DNA of 64,000 nt. It comes from Pavona decussata (taxonomy: Eukaryota). The stretch covers positions 868,001 through 932,000 of the forward strand of contig CDRNST010000143.1 in assembly GCA_977016875.1 (NCBI GenBank), written 5' to 3'. The translations under genes and the position numbers were made by a program. Numbering within the stretch: the first letter of the stretch is position 1; each line of letters starts with the position of its first letter. The notes beneath the pieces are model-generated. The model did not search any database and was not told the origin of the DNA. It worked only from the letters and a program-made list of their open reading frames with translations. Shown here piece by piece: positions 14,401 through 24,829 of this stretch.

Positions 14401-17400
14401 GCGAGAATAAGAAGGTGTAAGTTCTACGGATTGAGTGTTGCAATGGCGTCATCGCTTGCATTCTCTCACGATCAGTCTATCCCAAGAAGAGCCTGCCTAA
14501 AATAGAAGTATTTCCTGTTAACTTTTTAGTTCAATGGAAACTTACCGTCATGAAAATTACTTCGGTAGTTTTCCGATATTTAAGAAAAAGGGGGCAGCAA
14601 ACGTTGTCATGGTTTTCTCAAAACAACACCCTAAGACACTTGAGTTACAGACCAGCGATTGAATTTTTCGGCCCGGGCCATCTTACCTGACGGTGTCCGC
14701 CTTAGAGAGGTGTCCACTTACGAGACTGTTCACTTTAGATAACGATGACCAAAAGCTTGCCAAAAGAAAAGGAATCCGAAGAAAATCTAGCGATTTTGAC
14801 AATGCAATTTATTCTTGAAAGTGAGATATCTTTTTTTTTTCACCCCAACCAGTTGCAAAGACGGATGTAAGCGAACCGTCGAGAAAGCTAACATAATACA
14901 GTAAACTCTCGCCTTGCGGACACCTCGCTATTACAGACACCCCGATAATACGGGCAGCAGCTAAATCCCCGGCAAAAATAGATTCAGACGTTTAACTGAA
15001 ATAAGTTCCCTCTATGACAGACTCTCGCTATTAAGGACACAAACTCGCTGTCTCGAAAGTCTCCGCATTAAAGGGAGTTGACTGTACTCCTGAAGGAGCG
15101 ACCTATGATATCTAAAGTACTGTAGCTCTTTCTCGAAGGGGGGTCACAATCCCTTCATTAGGTTAGTCTGCGTAGCAGGCGTAACCGGGAAGGGGGAGAA
15201 CAAGTGAGAGAAAAAAGGGGAACTGGAGAGAGGTTCGCTCTCCTCCACTTTTTTTCTCTCACATTTTCCCAGCCCAGGCCCCGCCACTCTGGCCTCCCCA
15301 GCTTGGTTCCAGAATTTTGAATTTTGTGGAGTTGCGACAGAGAAGCGGGTTGATTTGATCTTCAATAACTTCGATAGAACGTGATCATCGTATTTCCTAT
15401 GTTATTTGTTTTTGTACCCACCCGTCTGTATCAAACTATTGGTGTATTAAAAAATTGAGTTCTTCCAAACTTGTACACGTTTTTTTTTTGAAGTTCGGAC
15501 TAAAGTACATGACAATATTCTCTATTTGACTAAGAAAATGTACCATGTTCCTGCAATCATAGAAACACATTTTTTAAAGCAACCAGAGCGCCTAATTATA
15601 CTAAATAGCTAAGCTGGCCAGGCCAATCGAACATCTCTTACGGCTAAAAAGTTGACCAGTTTTTGTGAGAGAAGATTTAAAAAAAAATAAATAATAATTA
15701 ATTGATTAATTGATTAATCAATCAATTAATTAATTATAAAGGCTATCAATAAGCCAGACGCATTTGGTGTATCAGTTACGATTTCTTCTTTTGTGGGAAG
15801 GATGTGGGTACAGTTTGGCGACAACTTTGATTACTGAGATGGAGCCAATATTATTGTGGAAACCGCTGAGGAGGATTTTGTGGGTTAGCTAATGTCTCAT
15901 TTGTTTGCTTCTTGGCTTTTGTCTCATTCTGTCTAACTAAGTTCATTCCGTATCCAAAAAATGATCATTGAAGGCGAAGATGTTGTTTGCAATCTCACAG
16001 CTCCGGCCCATGGAGTTTGATCTTTTTTCTTTTAAGTCAGTTATTCCTTCCCACTTAGTTTGTGTTCCTGGGTCAAAGCTGTTGTGAACAAAACAAGCTT
16101 AATAGAGGGTCGTACAGGGGGGGTCCTGGGTCAAAGCTGTTGTGAACAAAACAAGCTTATAGAGGGTCGTACAGGGGGGGTCTCTTGCACGATTTACGAA
16201 CAGAAAAAATAGCAAATCACGGATCACAGAAATGAAAATTTCGTTTTCAAGCTCTTCACAGGTCACGCAAAACCTTCAGGTCACGGATTACGAAGAATAA
16301 TTTATTACATTCACGTTTCACGGGAAATAAAATCAGCTAATCTTAATGATACGTAATTGCTTACGTTTTAATTAATGCTGGCTAAAATTCAGGATTGTTC
16401 TTTGTGAGCCACAAACAGTTGGATTTTGAAAGCCTTGGCCAAGATCAATTCATACAAAACCATTTGCTATTTCAATAGTGATGAATTCATAAGTGCATGC
16501 GGTTGGACGCTGTCTATGACGCCACCAAAATCCACGCCTTACCGGACATCTCAGTAAAGTAATCTGAAAGAAATTGTAGAGAATAATGGCATTCTGCCAC
16601 CGACAATTCGATTTGGTTTTCTTCATATGAAAAAGCAACAATGTTTGGGAATGTTTAGAATTTTATTTCAAGCTTCGCGACTTAGGTTGTATAATCCTTT
16701 TTCCTCTTTTTTATTCCTTTTAATGATGGTAAGTTGCACGTGGTCTATCTAACCGTAACGTCATAATCATCGTGTTTTCTAGGGACGTCTAAGCTAAGGT
16801 GACAATCTGGCCTTTTGCCGACGGTATTATCCTGTATAAGTACGGCTCAACTCAAATCCTCATGTTGCCCGAGCAAAGTGCTAAAGAAAGCATCCTATTA
16901 TAGAATATAGTGTTTCGTTTTGTTTCCCAATATCCGATTATTTACCTTTAATGACCATCTGGCTCTCTGACACTGATCTCTGACGCAGTTTTTCTTTTTC
17001 CATCAAGACAAACTTTAAACTGGTTTTGAGCAAAGGAAAATACGAACGGACAAATGAGGCAAACGTAGTGTACAAAAAATTCAACGTTACCCACAACTTG
17101 GTACAAGTAAAGCTTAAGTAATGGATGCAGTCGGAGTAACTTTAACTTTCTTTGGTATAAATTCTGTTGCTGAAATTTTCAGCAGGATAAAATACCCACG
17201 GTATCATTCTGATTGTCACAACCTGCAAACGAAGCAGGCACTCATGACGAGAAAATCACCTGCTGCTTGTCAAATGTTCTCGCCACAATAAACTTTTTTG
17301 CATTCTTACCGTTTAACGTAGTACTCCAGCACTCGTGAACAAATGACCAAGCCACGAGTAGTCTGAGCAAGAACAGCGGTTAGCGGTTGTGTTGAGTATT

Positions 17401-18858
17401 AGGTGTAGAAATCCATATTTCTACCGGAGCGTATTCAATGGCGTCCTGACGCCATGACGCGAGGACCAGTCCCCCCGGTAGCCAGCAGTTAGTGTACGTG
17501 CCATAGTGCATTCATTACTGTTTTTAGTATTACTGGCCAACAGCCAACCAAACTGTCAATTTCCTCCACTAGGGGATCATGGCGATTCCGAGGACTTTGA
17601 TGGCGCAGGTAGGGTTCTTGCCCACGCTTTCTACCCAAACGCAGCCCTAACAGGGGATATTCACTTTGATGACGACGAACCGTGGACTACCTCTTCTGTT
17701 AGCAGTAACAGTGACAAGCAGTTGTTGCCGGTAGCAGTACACGAGATAGGGCATAGTCTGGGACTCATGCACTCTAAAGTATCAGGCTCCATCATGGATG
17801 CATTTTACAGCAGCCAAAACAACAAAGTCATTCTGAGTGATGATGATGTCAAGGGAATCCAAGATATTTATGGTATGCTATTTTTCATCCTTACTTATTT
17901 TTTTCCATTTTACTACTTCACCTTGACGATCAGAAAATGTAAATGCAATTATTATTATTACAGAGCTGGCTGTATTGCTGGCTGTTGGGCGCTTTTCTCT
18001 TTTAATTCCTTGTTTTTCTTTTCTTCTTCCTCACTTGCTTTTGTTCGATGCTCTTTTTTCCTGTCCTTTTCCTTTCCTTTCTTTTCTATCGTTTCCGTTT
18101 CCTTTCTTAAATATTGTTTTTTTCTTTTCTCTACCCTTCTCTCATGCTCTTCTCTGTTTTACGTTTCGTTTCCTTTCTTGAACTTTCCGTTTCATTCCTC
18201 TTTGCTACTGTCCGTTTATCATGTTTGCTCAATGGGTTCTTTTATTCTCTTTGAAGGTAAGTGTACTCCAACAGTGACTGCCATCGAATCATGGATGAAG
18301 GATGGTAGAACTTACATTTTTGACGCATCCAATTTCTGGCGCCTCAACGATTATGGTGGTGAAAGCGACCGTGGCTACCCAAAGCAGATATCCTCAAATT
18401 GGCAAGGTGTTCCAGACGACATCGACGAAATATTTCTCTGGGCTCACAACTGGAAAGTCTATTTTTTCAAAGGACATCAGTACTACAGATACAACGATTT
18501 TGACGGCAAAGTTGATTCCGGTTACCCTAAAAACATTTCGCAAGGATGGTTCGGATTACCAGCCGATGGAATTGATGCTGGGTTTTCCTGGAGTGATTAC
18601 AACAGTTACTTCTTTAAAGGGAGCGAGGTGTACAAGTACGATAACATTAATGACCAAGTTGCCTCTGGATACCCTAAACAAATCAAAGACGTTTGGCCTG
18701 GTATACCTAACAACATCGACAGTGCATTCCGGTGGTATTATGACGGTAATACGTACTTCTTTAAAAATGAATATTACTGGGCGTGGAACGACACCACTAA
18801 TCAAGCAATGGGCCCTTATCTTATCCGCGATCACTGGAAGAATATTTGTAATGTTTAG
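11446..18858 (+). CDS. Secreted matrix metalloproteinase (M10A, MMP21-like), copy 1; join(11446..11559,11708..12227,17573..17872,18257..18858), 511 aa
   Basis: Signal-peptide-like exon 1 ([21 protein letters not shown]). GT-AG introns in consistent phases 0,1,1. Furin site RRRR|Y at 12020-12031. Catalytic motifs [21 protein letters not shown], zinc motif [12 protein letters not shown] and Met-turn SIMDAFY. Four hemopexin repeats bounded by Cys (KC...ICNV*). CDS total 1536 nt with no internal stop. The [11 protein letters not shown], GSIM, YGxC and terminal WxxxCxV pattern resembles MMP21 from memory. Confidence 0.93.
12907..13365. mobile_element. hAT-like MITE in MMP copy 1 intron 2
   Basis: Termini CCGGGGGG..GGTACTCC / GGAGTACC..CCCCC.CCGGG. 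Absent from the equivalent position of copy 2 (~26175). Confidence 0.7.
14899..15084. mobile_element. Tc1/mariner(Tigger)-like MITE predating the duplication
   Basis: TA-CAGTAAACTC...GAGTTGACTG-TA. The homologous copy is at 27821-28006. Confidence 0.7.
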
Positions 18859-19157
18859 AGGTGAAATTATCTGGATACATAAAAAGATGATAATTGTAAG
18901 TATTAATTAAGATGACTCACCTCATTACTACTTGATCTATCCGTTACTCGTTTTAGTCTGGACTTTGTTACTCATAATACCTTTGCTTGGCACTGGCTAA
19001 GTCTGCTTATATTTATCACTTACTATTGCTTACGGATTCCTTCTAGTTAACTTCTAAACTAGCCACTTAACACTCAGGCTCACCTGTTTGAGGCTGCGGC
19101 GCAAATGCGTCTCAGTACTAATTCAAGCTTAGTCAGTGTAGTTCAATTTTGGTTGTA

Positions 19158-19625
19158 CAGTCGAAGCTGTATTAAGCGGCACCATTTCAAGCGGTCACCC
19201 TCTATTATACAGTGAGTTGTCAAAGTTCTGAGAATCACTTTCCTTAATTCTTTTAATTTTGACTTTTGCTTAGTGCATACGAGCTGTTTATGCTGTCTTG
19301 ACCTGTTTTTAAGACTCACTTTGTAAAAGAAAACCACTCAACATAGGTACAGGTAATTGCATTTGTAACGACCACCTGTACTTTATTACTCCGTTTCTAT
19401 GCCATGTTCTCCTTTGTCATTCCATTTTACTGATCGCTGCAGTTTCTTAAGCAAGTAAGCAACTGTACACACAACTTAGTGTACACAGTAAACTATACAC
19501 TAAGTAATCAAATGTTAAAAAATCGCGTTTTTGTGTATTTGAAGTGTATTCTGTGCAACCTGTATGGGCATTCCCCGAGGGTGACCACTTTGAGGTAGAT
19601 TCCTACCTTAATACAGGCTGGACTC
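19158..19625. mobile_element. Tc1/mariner-like MITE downstream of MMP copy 1
   Basis: TA-CAGTCGAAGCTGTATTAAG...CTTAATACAGGCTGGACTC-TA imperfect TIRs. The region is absent from copy 2. Confidence 0.65.
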
Positions 19626-20269
19626 TATTTTCTATGCGAAAAAACGTGTAGCGTATCAAGGTAACACCGGATTTATCATAAGTAAAATTTTATAAATTAA
19701 CTGATAATAGCTGTGTCGCCACATAACAAAAAGCTTAGGCAGTATAAAATAACGAGCAGCTCTCTAACATTCAGCTTCAAGCAGCTCATGTTCACACTTT
19801 CATGTACTATGCCCTTAAAAAATACATTGTGTTCCTACGTGAAGTTACACAAGCTAATCCTGGCGATCACTCGTATGTACCTTATTTATATTATTCACTA
19901 CAGTTAATGGCTCTTATTCATTTGTCAATTAAAAGTTTTATTTAAAACTGACGACTTTGAGTATAAAAGAATACTCAGGATAACGAAAGAGGAGAGGGTA
20001 TATATATTCCTGTGCTGGTAATAGGACTATGTGGAATGCATTAAACAAGTGTACAAGTGCAGTAGAAAGGTCAAAAGATTTGTCGACGGTATGTCGTGGT
20101 AGCACAGAGTGCTATTATCTTTAAATTGTGTGAACAACAACTTTGCAGAAAAAAAAAACGTTTTGCAAATCGAACTATAATTTTGTTGTTGGTGCGAATA
20201 CTGAGCACACTGAATATTTTAGATCCTCTTGTTTTATCGACGTGGTTCTTACGAGCCAAAAACAATGCC

Positions 20270-20940
20270 GTGAATGTACTCGACGTGGTTCTTCCGAACT
20301 GAAAATTTAAATCGTTAATGCTATTGTTATATATATACACGAAAAAAATTGAAACATATTTGCACTTGAATTGTGACTAATTTACGAGTATGTCAAATAT
20401 TTATGTCTGTGAATGTACTCGACGTGGTTCTTCCGAACTGAAAATTTAAATCGTTAATGCTATTGTTATATATATACACACAAAAAATTGAAACATATTT
20501 GCACTTGAATTGTGACTAATTTGCGAGTATGTCAAATATTTATGTCTGATCTTAAAACAAAACAACCTGTAATAGGTTACTGCATTTTAAACTAACCAAC
20601 GTGGACGACGTGTTCATCCGAACTAAGAATTTAAATCATTATTGCTATTATTATTATTGTGACTAATTTGCGAGTATGTCAAATATTTATGTCTGATCTT
20701 AAAACAAAACAACCTGTAATAGGTTACTGCATTTTAAACTAACCAACGTGGACGACGTGTTCATCCGAACTAAGAATTTAAATCATTATTGCTATTATTA
20801 TATGTATATATATACGAGAATTGAAACATATTTACCCTTAAATTGCGACTAATTTGCGAGCTTGTCAAATATTTATATCTTATCTTAAAAAACAAACAAA
20901 CAAACAACCTGTAATAGGTTACTGCAGTTTAAGCTAGCCA
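20270..20940 (+). repeat. Local tandem duplications (~140-150 bp units) specific to unit 1
   Basis: gtgaatgtactcgacgtggttcttccgaactg... occurs at ~20270 and ~20409. ttgtgactaatttgcgagtatgtcaaat... is repeated at ~20510, ~20657 and ~20843. Unit 2 has a single copy (~32735-32930). Confidence 0.8.
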
Positions 20941-21257
20941 ATTGTAAATAGTGTTCTGAATTTTGTGCAAAATATCAGAAACTGCTTGTAGCCATGTGCT
21001 CACTTTTGAGATCATAGCTACTGGCTGTATATCGGTACATAACTTCTATTTAAATACCTCAAATTCAAATGATGCATTCAAAACCTTTCTATGATTGGCA
21101 TTTGTTACTGTTCATATTTCTGCTGTACTTTTGTACAATCAGAGCTCTTCTATGCAATTATAACGTTACATATACTTTCTATAAATATTAACTCGACACA
21201 TGTTAATTACGTTTTTATATTCTTTATTGTACATATAATAATGTTTTGAAATATAAT

Positions 21258-21513
21258 ATCATGGGTGACAAATTACTCCTGGGCGAGAAATTTCAGCGTT
21301 CATTTATAATTTCACATGTGAAATTACAAAATTGCTATGGCAACGTTCAATAAACAACTTTAACTAATTTGTCACCCATGATATTAAAAGGTAATCAAAT
21401 GGTATACTCGTGAAATTAGGAAATAATTCCCCAAAGTCTAATAATTAAACTCGCTTTTAATTTTGACAAAACGCGCGTGAAATTATTTCATTCGTCACCA
21501 TTTGATTACTTAT
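21258..21513. repeat. Hairpin-type interspersed repeat (also ~33213-33472)
   Basis: Inverted repeats atcatgggtgacaaatta / taatttgtcacccatgat and gtaatcaaatggt / accatttgattac. Confidence 0.55.
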
Positions 21514-22907
21514 ATTTACTCAGCTTAGTGCATTTTCCAATGTTCTAAGGCGAACATTTTTCCATCGCAATTTTTTCGCTGTGTTGTGTGTAGGTGGCAA
21601 ATAGCTGCAATAAGTGTGTATCAAGGGTATTGAATTTGTAAAAAAAAAAAACAAGAGAAAGAAGAAAGAAAGAAAAACATTAGTTTTGTTATAACCCTTA
21701 TATACGAGATACTGTATCAGTAAAATCGGCGTAACTTTTAATTAAGTATAATTTCAAATCATAGATGCATTTGATATCGAATCAACAGAATCGACATTTA
21801 GCGGTGATCGAAAAGTCAATTTGAATTAAGCAATTATTCTATTTCAACGTATTCTATTCATGATTTAAAATAATATATAACAAATATCTGTGCGTTTTTG
21901 TTTAATGACTGTTGTAAAATTAAGCCAAAATAATCACATACGGTCAGTTGTTCTGAACCTCCCTCCTCCTCACCCGTCCAACAAAAAAATAAAAATAAAA
22001 ACAGTAAAAAGAAAATGGATAGAACAATCATGGCTCGAAGCAAAACATGTCCTCTCAGGACGCAGAAAAACGCCGCCACCTTGTTTGCTCTTACCTGTTA
22101 TATGACCTGTCAGGATAGCTTATTTCGTGTACTTTAAAAAGAACTTTGCTTCGATTGATTTAGAGTTTGGAGTACGAGCTTTTTTTAAATGTCAACGTAA
22201 ACGTATATTTACAGCAGTCATTCTAAAAACGCCCAGGCTTCCTTAGCTTTGTCTAGTTTGCTTAATGTCTGTCGTTGTTTCAGTGTAATAGTAATCACAA
22301 TTTTGTGTATTTGTGTTCATTTAGTTCCTATTGAAGTAAACCATCGAAATAAACCAATGCTTTGTTTAATCTCTATTTGTTCTGTCCTGTTTTTACTAAA
22401 ACCTGACGTTCTTATAACTTTCAAAATAAACTGCTTAGCCCTTGATGCTTTCCATACTTAGTGGGGCTACTGGCAGTACCTATTTTCCTTAAGGTAGAAT
22501 TGCAGAACACGCGTGAGTTCGCCCAAGAGTCGCTCAATCAAGCCCGTCACCCGAAATTGTAAAGGTAGAAATTTTACGGCTTTTCCTTTAACTGGTCAAA
22601 TGCTCACTTATCTTACTTCAAATGACAAAGAAGGATGCCGCAATCATGTCGAAAATTTGTAAAATCTTTTAACCATTTGCTTTGCACTTGAAAGGTATCC
22701 AGTCTTTGGTCAACTAATACTGATTCATACGACGGAATCTTCTTGTATATATTTCACTTACAACTTTGTTCTTGTGTCAGGCTGCACCTGATAGTACGAA
22801 ACGTGTACAGGGCAGAAAGGAAAATGGATGGAAAGGTGATCGTTTGCTAAAGCAATAAGTTGAATTGTTGAAAACGTGAAGCTGTTTTTAGATCGCGTGT
22901 TAAAGCA

Positions 22908-24066
22908 CAGGTAGCCCAAGCTCGAAATATGAGCGCTAGTTACGCAACGGTTGAAAAATATAAGGATTTGTATGGGAGAAAAACAGTTTATTTTAGAGGC
23001 TAAAAATATGAACGAATTTTTAAATAAAAATCACCCACCTTACTTCTCTTGTGTATTTCTTACCTCCTATGTTGTTTTTAGGGCGATTTAGCGCGATTCC
23101 AGTGAGTTTTAGTTCCATCGATATATATATAGGATACATAGAGGAGAAGGGGGGGGGGGGGGGTGAATAGGGGTATGTAAATCCGCCTTTTTAGCCTCTA
23201 AAATAAACCGTTTTTCTCCCCTACAAATCCTTATATTTTTCAACCGTTGCGTAACTAGCGCTCATATTTCGAACTAAAACTCACTGGAATCGCGCTAAAT
23301 CGCCCTAAAAACCACATAGGAGGCAAGAAGTACACAAAAAAGGTAAGGTAGGTGATTTTTATTTAAAAATTCGTTCGTGTTTTTAGCCTCTAAAATAAAC
23401 CGTTTTTCTCCCATACAAATCCTTATATTTTTCAACCGTTGCGTAACTAGCGCTCATATTTCGAACTAAAACTCAGGGAGAGGGAGAGGTCCAATGTCGC
23501 CACTGGTTTAGAAAATGAGGATAATAACTCGATTAATCCAGTAAAGGGGGAGGAATTTTCTGAGGACCATCAACCGTTGCGTAACTAGCGCTCATATTTC
23601 GAACTAAAACTCACTGGAATCGCACTAAATCGCCATAAAAACCACATAGGAGGCAAAAAATACACAAAAAAGTAAGGTGGGTGATTTTTATTTAAAAATT
23701 CGTTCATACTTTTAGCCTCTAAAATAAACCGTTTTTCTCCCATACAAATCTTTATATTTTTCAACCGTTGCGTAACTAGCGCTCATATTTCGAACTAAAA
23801 CTCACTGGAATCGCGCTAAATCGCCCTAAAAACCACATAGGAGGCAAGAAATACACAAAAGAAGTAAGGTGGGTGATTTTTATTTAAAAATTCGTTCGTA
23901 TTTTTAGCCTCTAAAATAAACCGTTTTTCTCCCGTACAAATCCTTATATTTTTCAACCGTTGCGTAACTAGCGGGGAAGGGAGAGGTCTAATGTCGCCAC
24001 TGGTTTAGAAAATGAGGATAATAACTGGATTAATCCAGTAAAGGGGGAGGAATTTTCTGAGGACCA
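22908..24066. repeat. Complex insertion of ~192-bp units (one inverted, several tandem) upstream of MMP copy 2
   Basis: tcaaccgttgcgtaactagcg... recurs at ~23240, 23432, 23570, 23761 and 23953, with an inverted copy at ~22923-23115. Absent from unit 1. Confidence 0.8.
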
Positions 24067-24829
24067 GGTCTTTTGGTTAAAGTTTCCTTCATGTTGTTAC
24101 GACAAGGAAAAGAGATGGCTGTTCACGGTCTTCTATGATAATAGTAATACTTGATCAGATGTTGAAACCTCAACCCCGATATCAATAAACGAGTACCAGG
24201 TTTGAAGACCATGTTTTTCCCGTCAGTGCTGCATTACCTTAATTCTTATCAACTGAAAGCTCTACCGCGCACTGTAAGGTGGACCTCGGAGAAACCCGGC
24301 GAAATAGAGAAAGAGAGAGAGAAAAAGGAGAAGAGCCTCTAGTGGTCAGCGCATTCCCAGTGACTGTGGGTGGTCCAAACAAAATGGTCCCAAATAAAAC
24401 ACATTTCTTTCGGATCTAAGTGAGCGCAAGTTCAATCTCCAACGAAGTCTCTCTCTACGCAAACTGCCGCACGTGATATATTTACTACTTTTGTTTTTTT
24501 ATTGCACGCTGGGATTCCCACCGTACTTCGGCCTATGAGTACATATACATATAGAATTCTCCGCCCACCGACAAGTTCTATTTCCTGTTTCCCATAGCCC
24601 AGCGTCTGAAACACCAATCAGATGATCACAATGCATAATGCTGTAACTGGAACCGATCAAAATAAAACACTATTAGTAGTTACGATAGTCCATTCATTCA
24701 TCAGTTAGACTTGCAGAAACTACGTTGCCAATAGTACAAACCAACGACCCTGGAAAGCACGAAGTATAGTGAACACACAACGACCCTGGAAAGCACGAAG
24801 TATAGTGAAACAAGCAAACACACTGGAAC

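Noticed and set aside
17506-18858. Single 450-aa ORF as the real protein
   Set aside because: It starts inside intron 2 and reads through intron 3. The paralog has stops in that intron and identical splice sites.
18302-18910. 202-aa overlapping alternative-frame ORF
   Set aside because: Broken by a stop in the paralog (31854) and has no recognisable motif. It is a by-product of hemopexin codon usage.
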